NCBI RefSeq assembly: GCF_022539665.2
Contig: NC_081331.1
Span: 7,068,001 to 7,132,000 of the forward strand
Length of the DNA stretch: 64,000 bases
Direction of reading: 5' to 3'
Origin: Daphnia carinata
Lineage: Eukaryota
Part shown: positions 1-11,726 of the stretch, piece by piece
Layout of the letters: each line of letters starts with the position of its first letter
How positions within the stretch are numbered: position 1 is the first letter of the stretch
Notes under the pieces: model-generated
Database searches by the model: none
What the model was told of the DNA's origin: nothing
Seen by the model: the letters and a program-made list of their open reading frames with translations, nothing else
Position numbers and translations under genes: made by a program

Positions 1-643
1 GGAAAATAATTAACGAACAGCCGGAGGAAACGGTTACTCTTAAATGGGTGGACACAGAACCGTCTCCTGTCAATACAGGGTAAATAATGGACGCAGAATG
101 TTAGGGAATATTACCTATTTACAATCTATTTGGCACAGAGTTCAGTCACCAATCGATGGTCGAAGCTTTACCGGGATATCGTCGATCCGTGTCATGCAGC
201 CACGGGATTTTAAAGGCGAAGGGCAGAGACTATTGCGTTGGACGGAACTGTTCATTATTAAAATTGAGGACAGTGCACACTCATCTTCGAGCAGAATAGA
301 AGATAACGGAGACATCACACGTTTTGCTGAAACTGTCGCTAAGGGGGCGTCTATGGCTCTGGCTGCGAAGCTCGCCAGCCTAGACCCTCATACTTTAATT
401 GGGCTACGTGTTTCACTGGATGGAGATTCGGTATAATTTCAAATTCAATAAACATTTCTTTAATCTATAAATATTTTCTGCGTTGTCTAGGTTGAGTATC
501 AAACTGGAGCTGGTCAAGCTCCTCTTCCTAATACGTGTGTCGAGGAGTTGGATTCGTCTCTAATCCCTATATTACATCGAGAATCTTCAGGTCAAAGTGT
601 TCCGTGTATAATGGAACTTTGGTTTCAAATCGTTCATCCGTAA
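1..643 (+). CDS. Sara: 3' end of Smad anchor for receptor activation (SARA/ZFYVE9-like), C-terminal DUF3480 region; 5' truncated by window. Exons ~1-79, 139-430, 491-643
   Basis: Spliced translation ...WVDTEPSPVNTG|VQSPIDGRSF...LRWTELF...IGLRVSLDGDS|VEYQTGAGQAPLP...ELDSSLIPILH...MELWFQIVHP* resembles the ZFYVE9 C-terminus (SPIDGKS, RWTEVF, LGLRVTLDSDQVGYQAG, LDSALVPVIH). GT-AG introns; TAA at 641-643. Confidence 0.88.
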
Positions 644-1185
644 ATGCAAGATTGCTAATTGACGAGAACGACACTAACTGAAATGTGATTGGCTTTGTAA
701 TATTTGTATAACAATCATGTAGTGGTTCTCCTTTCTGCTACTATCCGAAAATTTTTGTTACGCTGTTGTTATCACCAAGGTTCTATATACTGGTTGCCAT
801 TCCCCTTTTCCTTATCTTTTGAGAGAAAACAATTTCCCTCGTCTAAATACCAATAAACTACGTTAGTCATCTTATCTTTGCATCTATAGCAAACTCGGTG
901 TATTCTACTTCATATTATTGACCCTTGCAGGTTATACATCACGATTCGAATCCGTTTTAGCATACAATCGTGGTTTCATGGAAGTCACAATAAAAAACTC
1001 GACTGCGTATCACAATTATTATTATTATTTTCTTTACTTGCTCTAGTTTTAAACTCAGGATTGCATTATGACTTGAATTTGCGTATTATTTTATACATTT
1101 CCAAAAATTGCCAATGTAGTGGGAGACATCGTAATTCCTAATCACTCCATGCCATCTATGGTCAGACTTGTGCATTTGATTCCAC

Positions 1186-1300
1186 ATGAGCCAATCACAA
1201 AGCGCAGTTGCACAGCCAATGGAAAGCCTTCTTTCACCGAAGGCTTGGGCGCCATTTTTTTTTAAATAAGGGGAAGGGAACTGACAACAGCTTCCCGCCT
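1186..1300 (+). promoter_or_regulatory. Putative cell-cycle-type promoter of Myb: two CCAAT boxes, E2F-like sites and a CHR-like TTTAAA
   Basis: CCAAT at 1191 and 1216, TTGGGCGCCA at 1245-1254, TTTAAA at 1261-1266, TTCCCGCC at 1292-1299. A strong donor AG|GTAAGT at 1526 and an acceptor at 3276 suggest a non-coding first exon. Confidence 0.5.
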
Positions 1301-3288
1301 CGTGCTGCTAGAGCAGACCACTGTGGCGCTCCCAATAGACTGTTCATGGTCGCCATTCCTTAGCCGTGCTTCTTGCGTTGTGTTCGCTTTCTGAAAACAG
1401 TGCTGTATTATTGAAGATACAGTTGTGCCCTACGCTTTCTCTGGATTTAATAGCAGTTTTTCACCATGGTGAGATAAAATATCATCCGTCGAATTTGACC
1501 TTGTCGACAGCAATTCAATTTATAGGTAAGTCGTGAAGTCTGTTTGCTATCTTTTTTTTCCCTCCACAAGTGGTAGTAGACAATTATAGCAACAAAGCAA
1601 ACTTTTCGAGTCGTCTGTCTAGGACCTGTAGTTTTTTTTTCTTTGCCGTTGTTCCCTTGACGAAAGGCATTTACAGAGAAATCTTTGAAACACAAAATAA
1701 AAAGGAAATTAGAAAAAAAAAAAAAAATAAGTCAGATCTGTTGTCAACTTTTGGCGAATCCCCTAGCTCCAGAGGTACGTCCCTTTTGAATGTCTGAATT
1801 CCCAAATGGAGACACAAGGTTTAGACTCTTGTCTACCTCTCTAAACAATGAGTTTTACCTCCATCAATCCAAACCGAAAGAAGTGTCTGGATTCCATTGT
1901 TTAGTCTTTCGGAGCAGCGAGAAAAACCCTGATAGAGTATTCTGTGGTTTGAAGTCAAAGATAAGGAAAATGCCGCTTTTTACTGCAAAATGGTGTCATT
2001 TATCTCGAAATCTTTTCGCTTAAATTCCAAGACTTCTCTCTATTTCGATTGCCTCGTTGTCCGTGGACAAAATTAAGTCAAGCCACTTCCTCTATTACTC
2101 TGCAGTTAGTAAACAACTAGCAAGTTATGGTTTCGGCATAAAACTTCGCTTTTTGTAATGGCGGAAATGGAAAGCAGGCGGCTGTACGTATTTGCTCAAG
2201 GCGTCAAAGGTTAGTCGTCATTGTTCAGTGTCATCTGGCACGGGCCGTACTTAAACTTCAAAAGCACATCTATCGCTTGGATCTTAATTGGTGAATCGGT
2301 TCATTTCTGTGCTGACCACCTGCCTTCTAATTGTGTTAGACCTGGTCTCCCCTCACCATGGGCTGGTTCCACCAAGGGGAAGAGTGACAGCAGCTGCTTA
2401 ATGGCCAAACAGAGACACACCCGTATTGTCTTTACGGGAAAGTACGAGTGCTGAGCAAGTTGGGGCAACCATCGACAAGTCTGAAATTCAAGTAAGGTTT
2501 GAAGTTTGCTGTGGTATATCAGGAAAAGTGGTCAACAGAACAGAGCAAGCGTCGCCGGCTCTTTTTTTTTTTTTTTTTTTTTTTTCAAGTAGAGGACGTC
2601 GAGATGGCCCAAAAATGGAAGTTGCTCTCTTGTGTCGGAACACAAGGGGTTTGCAGCATCGAAGGGGGGAAATGTTTGAATCGTGAGGGGAGAGGGGGCT
2701 AAATTCAGAAGGGGGCAGCTGTAGCAGATGTTCAATGCCGGCGTGCGTACGGCGTCGTAGTAGTAGACTTCCTCTCTTTCTTTCACTCATGGACGATTAT
2801 GAAAGACCTTGTGCCTGTCCCACGGTTATCGATCCGGTCCCCTTCAGTTCTCTTTCTCTCGGGAGATTCTTCAAAGTTCCAGACCGCGCCACCCACCGTA
2901 GAAAAATATTCCTTTATCATGGAAAGAAATGCGAGAACGAATAAGAGAGAGATGGAGGGTGAATTTGGAGACGGAAGAAAAAATTCAAAGACTTGGTATT
3001 GGAGCCAGTCCTATTTTTTTTTTTTTTTTTTTTTTTTTTGTATTCGTCTTTAGTGTGACGGAGCTTGATGTATTCTGGGTCATGCCCCTTGATAATCTCT
3101 CATGTAAGCTTCGTGCCATACACAAGCGTGAACTTTCCCCTCTTGCGCTTTCTATCCATTCATATTCCAGAAACTCTACCATAGAGAATCCGAATGGTGG
3201 AACAGGAGCTATCGTTGACGCATACCTGTATCTTAAGACGTGTCATAATAGTCGTAAAATGGTGTGATTCCGATAGGTCTTGACAAGA

Positions 3289-6200
3289 ATGAACGACTTT
3301 GGTATGGACGCCGACAGCAACAGTTGGGGCTCGGATTATGGTGAGGACTACGGATCGGATTTTTCCGATGGCGAATACCAGCCGAACAGCGCCGCTGCCT
3401 CCAGCAGCGCACAACAGCATCACCAAGCCGGCTCGGCAGCCTCCCGGGTTGCCTCCAAGACCAAAGGCGGTGCCCAAGCTCGAAAAATGGTGAACCGCGG
3501 GAGGTGGACCAAGGACGAGGTTGGCTTGTCTCCCCCGCCCACTACCTACCCTTTCAACCCGCAAATTCACATTCTTCAAGCTTCTTAATGATTTTATATT
3601 TTGCTCTTTCTTAGGATGAAAAACTCAAAGGAGTAGTGGAACGCACGGGTGAAGTTTGGGAAAATGTCGCGTCCTTCTTTGAGGATAGATCGGACGTCCA
3701 ATGCCAACACCGATGGACAAAGGTTGTCAATCCCCAGCTGGTTAAGGGTCCTTGGACCAAGGAGGTAACAAAAGCTACTTGTTGTCGCTTTATTTCACTT
3801 TGTAATTTCTTCTAGCATCTCATGCATGATTCAAAGACTTTATTTCCGGTTCATCTGTGTCACATTTCCTGTCGACGATTACATGACCATTGCGAAGAAT
3901 AGTGGTCCTATCGTAGATCGTACGGTTAGATAATTATCACAAATGTTTTAGTTGTTCGTAGAAAAGAAACGATGTCAACACAAAGAAACGCAAAGAAATG
4001 GAGTGGGGGAAAGTACAAAAAGGAGGGAACTCAGCATGCAGAGAATGCCGGATGCCAGAGGGGGTAGAACAGGAGGGTTTTGAAGAGGGAGAAAAGTGTT
4101 CTTCAACAGGAAACCAAATTTCTATAGAAGTTGAAACAGCGGGGGAATTGTCCAAAACAGAAGATGAAAAGAGCCGCAAGGGTTTAGGCGGCTGGATGGA
4201 ATGAAGAAACCCGTGAAATTATAGTCTAAAGTAACCTGAACTTTCTCCTTTCTTTCAAATCTATAATGGTCGGATCTGCTGTTGTTTCAAAACGAAAATA
4301 CCCTAAAATATCTGTTTAAAAGGAAAAGAAGAACAAGAAAAAAATACTAAGTACGAACTATTCTATCGCATTCACACTTCACTCAATAGGACTTCTTTGG
4401 CTTTAAAAGTTATACATAGACCGACTGAGGTATATCTCTGTGTTTATTTCATTTTCTTCGTTTTTTTTCTCTAATCCAAAAAAGTGGGAGGCCGTTTGGA
4501 CGTCTGAAAATTCCTTTTTATTTTCTACTAAATCATTAATCTCGTGATGTTTTTTTTGTCATAGGAGGACGACTTGGTTGTCCAACTGGTGCATCGGTAC
4601 GGTCCCAAGAAGTGGACCCAGATTGCAAAGCATTTGAACGGACGAATCGGCAAACAATGTCGAGAGCGATGGCACAACCATCTCGATCCCAACATCAACA
4701 AGTCACCCTGGACAGAAGAAGAAGATCGGCTTTTGGCTCAAGCACACGAACAGTACGGGAATCAATGGGCCAAAATCGCCAAACTTCTACCTGGAAGGTA
4801 TTGTGTTGAAAAAAAAAGCTTTTCAGGTTTACGGCAAACCAATCATCCGTCACTTGGGGTGTGACAGCAACTTTGACACTTTTTTCTGTGATCCTCTTTG
4901 ACGTACCCATACACCCGTTAGCTTTTGTTTGAATTCTTTATCCTTCTTTCAGAACGGACAACGCCATCAAGAATCATTGGAACTCTGCCATGAAGAAACG
5001 GTATGAAACAGACGGATCAAGCATTATCGACACTGGGAAACGGCGTGGCCGGAAGAGAGTTCGCCCTCCCGTTGATGACCACCCACAGCATCCTCACCCT
5101 CTCGCTTCAACTCCGGTAAGAATTCCCTAATAGATTAAAAAGAGAACTTTAACTCAGTTATCCGTTTTTTCTACTCACTGCCAATTTGAACAGTCGTGCT
5201 CTGCCGATTATGGGTTAGAGCATCCATCACCCATGTTTGAGCATCAGTTGATGTCGTCGAGACCGTGCAGTCAAAACAGTCGGATGTCGGTGGAGTTAGT
5301 GCCGAACAACTTTGAGCCATCACCGGCATATAGAACCCAACAGCATTCACACATGGGCATGCAACAGGCTAAACAAAACTGTCCTGATGTCTTCAATGGA
5401 GGGAGCTTATCCATGGGTGGCAGTGTTGGTAGCCAGTCAAGAGCCCCTTCTGCTTCATCGCCCGAAGACTTTGCAGATATCTTTTCTCCTCTCAAGTATG
5501 TTGACAGCAGTTGCTTTCATCGCGTCATGGAGAAGAATTGGGATTGACGTTTTGGTTTCTTTGGATTTCTTTTCAATAGATACGTCAACATGGACGAGAT
5601 GAGTAACCCAGAGAGTTTGAGCCCGAATCGACTGAACCAAGCTTTGATCAGTGAAACGTTGTCCGAGTTTCCACATTTTGAATTTGGTTCTACTAATATG
5701 CCAGACCAGCCTGCTGTGGGCCACATAACCGATTCTAACGATCCGAATGAGATGATGTCTATCTATGATACAAACAAACCAGGTATTGTTAACCCGGCAA
5801 TTCGAAAAAAAAATTCAGCGAGTTGGATAATATTCAGGAATTCCATTGTAACAACGAACTTTTTCAAAGAATCTGTCATCATCCTTAGTCATGAAACCAT
5901 TTTCTTTTGGGATCAGTGAATCGTGGAGTAACTTTAATTATAGGTTAGATCAATCGAACTTCAAAACAAAAGGGAGGGATAGTGACATGCTTTGGTTTAG
6001 CTATGCGGCAAAGAGGAGCATTTCTCTGCCTCTGTTTGTTCATAAGATAGTTGTTGCCTTTCTGCAATTTCCTAAATGCGATGCACATTTGTAGTTAAAT
6101 CTTAATGTGCAGGCATATCTCGTAACGCGCAGGCATTGGTGCGCATTACCTATCTGTGGAGCATTTTGAAATGTAGCCGGAAAATTCCCTCCAATCTTTC

Positions 6201-7939
6201 CTACGAATATGTCTGAAAGGCAGGCTTTGTAATCCGATGCTTTGCAAAAACAGTTTATTAAATACGTATTAATGAGTTAGATTTAAAAACATTATTGGAA
6301 AGGTTCTGCGTAGCTTAAATATATTCTAATTTCTGCTTTGAATCAATCAAGGAAATGCTTCAAAGAATAGTAAAAACGGTTCTTCAGACAACAACACGTC
6401 AACGATCAGCATAAAACAGGGCACTCCACCCATACTAAGACGTGGAAGCCGTCGAAGAACACGAGCCGATTCCAGTGGATACGACGGAACTTCGTAAATT
6501 CGTTTTTGTTGCCAACTTCTTTCATTTCATTGTGTGGAATAAGTTGTGCTTTTTATAGTGATCACATGGGGACTTCTAATGAAGAAGCCGTTCCCTCCGA
6601 TCTGGATCTGCGTTCAGAATGCGCAAGCCTAAGCAAGCCGTTCCAGGAAATGCATTTTACTCCACGAAAGAATGCCCACACCCCGATGAAAACGCTACCA
6701 TTTAGCCCTTCCCAGGTAATTCTGTTTTCCATAGTGTTGCAATCTAGGAAAATTTTACTCAAAAAAAAATTATTTTTTTCTTTTTATTGTACCTAGTTTC
6801 TGAGTAATTCGATGTTAGCGCATACGGAAGCTATCATGTCGACACCAGTTTGCCCCTCTGCTCCCAAACCGTCTGCACTTTTGACTCCAGTGACACGCGG
6901 GGGATGCGTTGCAGATTATGTTGCATTACGAACTCCTTCGCGTAGAAATCAAGAACTCATCACTCGTACTCCAACTCCTTTTAAAGATGCTTTGGCAGAA
7001 ATGGAGAAAAAGGGTGGACCTATAAAATATACCGTGAGTTATCCATAGAATTGTTTCCTAAGCATTTGATTTTTACACGTGTTCCTTGTGTTTTCCAGTT
7101 GCACACACCTACCCGGTTTGATGATTTGAACGACATTATCGGCAAGGATGCTGACCCATCCGATTCAACTCTTCATACGCCCGTCCAGGTTTTTCAAAAA
7201 TTCTCCTTTTGTTTATTTCATTGTCACTAACGGTCCTCATGTTCCATTATAGAACTTACATCAAGATAGTGGCTATATGACAGATAAGAGACAAAAAACA
7301 AATGTCGACAGCTCTGCCCCCAGTATTTCTTCCTCCTCAACTACGGATAAAGAGAATATTCCGGGAACGAGAACCGCTGCCCCAGCCACAAATGGTTTAG
7401 TACCGAAATCCCCAAGCCGTAGAGCTCGCAAAGCCCTGCATGCCACATGGAGCACGCCTGGAAATATCCAAGTACCTGGTATTGGTTGCGACTCCATGAG
7501 TTTCTTACCCGAAACACCTGTAAGTCGTTACAAATTGATCGTTCTAGTACATGCATAATTACTTGTCATTATGTACAGAGTAAATCGTTGATCGGAGATT
7601 CGTCGGTCTTGTTTTCTCCTCCGTCCATAATACGAGAGACGCTTCCAGAAACTCAAGACGGTGACGATGCATTTGGACACCCACCACATCGTCCCAACAG
7701 CAGCATCGAAAGCACTGGTTCTCGGAGTCCGTCAGACAAGGTTTGTCTTGTGTACTAAAACTGAGATAGCGAAACACAGCAATTTATGTTCTTCTATATT
7801 GCAGGTGGACGTGAGATGGGAAATGGTTGCGTGCGGACGTACGAGAGATCAAGTCGAATTGACGGAACGAGCCCGCTCCTATTTAGTGATGGATCGGCGC
7901 GGAGGGCAACTTGCATGCAAAAAGAAATGCACCTTTTAA
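3289..7939 (+). CDS. Myb: Three-repeat (R1R2R3) Myb transcription factor, B-Myb/Drosophila Myb-like; ~13 coding exons (3289-3519, 3615-3764, 4565-4797, 4953-5115, ... 7805-7939)
   Basis: GRWTKDE|DEKLK...SDVQCQHRWTKVVNPQLVKGPWTKE|EDD...KQCRERWHNHLDPNINKSPWTEEED...WAKIAKLLPGR|TDNAIKNHWNS. Also the conserved LPFSPSQ and RTPTPFKDAL segments and the C-terminal WEMVACGRTRDQVELTERAR. Middle exon boundaries are approximate. Confidence 0.95.
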
Positions 7940-8769
7940 CTAAATGTCCCACTAGATGGCTAGTAGTTGACACAGTTTTTTTTTAGCATTTAAAATGGGA
8001 TTTTTGGAAATTTAACCTTTTCATCGATGTGCATGAAATTTCACTGTATTAATTAGCGAACACAGCTTATTCCAATTGGGGAAGTTTAGGGTAATGTCTC
8101 GTGTAAATTTCCCTGCGAATGATGGAGCATAATCCGTTGAACGCAAAACCATTACTCAGCAACAAAAATGACGGCGATCAATTTCGAACATGACTTGAAA
8201 CGTGACCTGTGCCGTTAACTGCGGCATTGTTTCTTTTTAACCCCTGGTATAGATTACTGCTGCGAACAAAATAAGTGGATGAATTTTCTCTTCTTTTACT
8301 TGGTACCTTTCGCTAATAAGCTTTAAGAACATGTAATAGCTCCCTGGAATTTCCATGTTTCGTTTATTTTTTGGCTAAAATTTTTTCCCTCCTGGTATTA
8401 TTATTTTTACAGTGAACGTCAGATATTAATCGATATATACCAATGCTTGATTCCGTAGCTTAAATAACTATAATCACAAAATTTTCACAGGAAAACAAAT
8501 CGGCTCTGGTGGAAGAAAAACAAAAATTTGTGTAACTGAAATGAAATGTGTCGTATTTATCGTTTATTTTTACAATGTTTCCTGTGTAATTTGCTCATTG
8601 TCACGACATTTACTCGCAAAATTGATTTTTTCTGTCAGTAAAATTCCATGGAAAATCCACAAAAAAAAAATACATTATATTAAAACCATCTGATAAGAGA
8701 AAAGGTTTTGCATATTAATTAGATACAGATAAAAAGTCCACAGTCCAGTCATTCTGCCCTAATAATTTT

Positions 8770-10230
8770 TTCCTTTTGTCTAAATTTTAAATTCAATTTA
8801 AAGTACATGCTTTCGATTCAGAATTGTATGAAAATCATTGAAATCAAGTTTATTTTCCATTATTTTTACAGTTTTTGAACTAAACGTAAACAAACAATTT
8901 TAATGTTAATTTTATAACGGCTGTTTTAACGAGAAAACCAAAAACTTAATCGAAATCAGCATTCAATTTTGATTATGCCGTATGATTTATCATCGAATTC
9001 CAAGAGATTTCGTTTTTGGCCGATTTTGGTAAAAGTGGAAAGGCTATAGCCTTCTCACTTTTTCATTTTTGGCCAAATTTCAAATTTGGCTTAAAATACA
9101 TTATTTTGATTCAGAATTGAATGCTTATCACGAGAATCAAGTTTATTTTTCAACAGGTCTTATAGTTTTAAAATTATACGTCAAAAACGACAAGTCGGGC
9201 TTATTTTGTCGGTCGGGCTTAAAATTTATACCTGCAAAAATTGACATTCATTGGAATTGGTTGAATATCACAGAATATACTCAAACTTGAATACTGAATC
9301 CGGGAAAATTGTCCAATTTTTCATTAAGTCAACCGTTTTTGTAATACACCGAATATTTGTACTGGAAAAAACTAGCGCGCCAGTAAGCGACACCGCTAGC
9401 GCGATGTAGCACAAATTTTCGTTATATTCCAAAAACGGTTGGTTTAAGAAGAAAACCAATAACTGAATCGAAATCGGCGTTCAATTTGGATTATGCCTTG
9501 TGATTTTCTTCTAATTCCAAGAGATATCGTTTTTGGCCGATTTTGATAAAAGTGGGAAGGCTATAGCCTTCTCACTTTTTCATTTTTGGCCATATTTCAA
9601 ATTTGGCTTAAAATACATTATTTCGATTCAGAATTGAATGCTTGTCACGGAGATCAAGTTTATTTTTCAATAGGGCTTATAGTTTTAAAATTATACGTCA
9701 AAAACACAAGTCGGGCTTATTTTGTCGGTCGGGCAAATTTTGACGATAAGGATTCTGTCTAGATGAGTTGGTATAGACAGCACCGACCTCCTATCTTACA
9801 AAGTTTTCCTCAATAGATGGCGTTAGCTATAATAGAGATTCGACAAAGGTTTGAGGGGTGACAGTAGCGTTAAATAAATTAAAGAGAAATCTAATAACTT
9901 AATCGAAATCAACGTTCAATTCTGATTATGCCGCGTAATTATTGTCAAATTCCAAGAGATTTCGTTTTTGCCGCTTTTAACAGAAGTTGGGAGGCTATAC
10001 CCTTCCGATTTTTTTTGCTAAATTTTAAATTTTACTTAAAATAAATGATTTCGATTGAGAATTGATTGACAATCATGGAAATAAATTTTTATTTTTCGAT
10101 TGGCGTTATAGTTTTTAAATTAAATGTAAAAAAACCTAATATAACATTGAGGAACGAAAAGTACTTTGTTTATTTTGTTTTAAAAACGGCTGGTTTAACG
10201 AGGAAACCAACAGTTTCATCGAAGTCAGTG
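8770..10230. repeat. Interrupted direct-repeat array: ~270-300 bp unit in two close copies (8916-9218, 9434-9734), one diverged copy (~9893-10135) and partial copies at both ends
   Basis: Blocks AATCGAAATC-RYGTTCAAT-GATTATGCC, TTCCAAGAGATWTCGTTTTTG, GGCTATAGCCTTCTCACTTTTTCATTTTTGGCC and CAAGTCGGGCTTATTTTGTCGGTCGGGC recur in the same order. Confidence 0.9.
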
Positions 10231-11627
10231 TTCACTATAACAGTGTGTACTTTTTTTATCCAAGGCTATCGGGAACTTCGCGAACACAGTGAGCCTATGG
10301 GTAGAAGATCGAACCGCGAGCGCGAATGTCATCCTTTCCAAAACAGATCCGCCATCTAGTAGTAAACTCGAACCAGTTTCTTTCTTTTTATCTAAATAAA
10401 ATCCCTCTCGGGAAATTCGAATAATTATTGACTGAGACGAACCAATTTCATAGCTTTCGGTGAAATTAATTCTCCTGTTTTCCATGTATTTTTGGCATTA
10501 CAAAACCCACAAGAATTGAGTTTGCAGTTTTCTCTGCGAAATCTCATTTACATTGATAATAACAGTGCAACTACTATTATCTGCTGTGCGTAATGTTTGA
10601 TACTTTTTCGGGGAGCTCGTTTCCACCATGCAAGTTGAGGAACAGCTTTCCAAAGTAACCTTGGTGGTTTTTCGTTAAGCATTACTCGAGAGCTCTAAAG
10701 AATGGATTTTTATATTGCTATGAACGTCTACACGATACACTTCATGTTATCCTCATTATAGATTCCTCTGGGCAATTCGTTTCCTGTAATAGTTGTTCGA
10801 TAGGATTCTAATTATAGGTTGATCCCTCCCTGTTGCATAGCTGAAGTCAAAATACAGAAAGAAGCGAAATGACACCTTTTATAAGATAACAATACTTTAT
10901 ATAACTCTACCATCTGCACTCTTATCGCTGGTTGCAGACTCAGCCTTCAAATTCCGAATGTCACCTTGGTCCTTATTCAACTTGAAAAAACAAGAAAACC
11001 TTGGATTTACAGTAGGTATTCTTTCGATTGTTTGTTTTTCATTGTTATCAAGTTACTTAATTTGGTCTGGTGAGAACTAATTGTCTTGTGTAAGAAACTT
11101 CCATGCCAAATCCAGAGAAACGGTTCGGCTTGAACAAACGATTTCCGTCATGGTTCAAATGTCTTGGCAACTTGATCATTAGGAAAAGAAGCCGATTTAT
11201 TGCATCCTCTTGTAAAAAAATCTGAACGCAGGACACATCCGCCCACCGATAATTGCAATAAACGCATCGACGATATAAAGAACTAATCCCAAAGATTCAG
11301 TCAACGATGATTCGAAAAAGGAAAATGGTTGAAAAAAAAGACAGAAAGTTCACACAAAAAAAAACTAAAAACGAGAAGTTGAATGCAGCTTATAAAAATA
11401 TCGTCAATTGGAAGAATTCAACTCAAATTGAACGCTATGTGCACTTATGGCGCAATGCAGTTCTGGAAGAAAAATAGATCTGGTCACATTCCGATTGTTT
11501 CCGAACCTGATAAAAATTTGAATGGGACATTCTCTACATGGATCATTATTATTTTTATAAGCCCCTTCATAGGTATGATATGAAATAGAATTTGAATGTT
11601 CAGTGTTAGGCGGCGTCCGAGGCCCGA

Positions 11628-11726
11628 CTAAACCAAGGTATCTTCAGAAGCCTCTGCCACGGCGGCTCGCAGATCTTCATAAGGCCCTGTATTGGTGGAA
11701 GTGGTTGAGTCGGGGCGTGCTAGTCA
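11628..11726 (-). other. Candidate stop-codon readthrough extension of Inx1 (X-LARPDSTTSTNTGPYEDLRAAVAEASEDTLV*)
   Basis: TGA (11726-11724) followed by CTAG, then 31 sense codons to TAG at 11630-11628; a 3' stem can form; ends in a PDZ-ligand-like TLV. Confidence 0.62.

Noticed and set aside
1447..3267. Short ORFs in the Myb 5' intron
   Set aside because: Driven by poly-T/poly-A runs, with no domains or consistent splice structure.
5975..6220. Structured ncRNA or snoRNA in a long Myb intron
   Set aside because: Only short inverted repeats and a CTGA; no convincing C box or H/ACA layout.
8770..10230. Repeat-spacer pattern as a CRISPR array
   Set aside because: Units are ~300 bp and diverged, spacers vary widely, there are no cas genes, and the context is eukaryotic.
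11724..11726. Inx1 UGA as selenocysteine
   Set aside because: Innexins are not known selenoproteins and I recognised no SECIS downstream; the CUAG context plus stem fits ordinary readthrough better.
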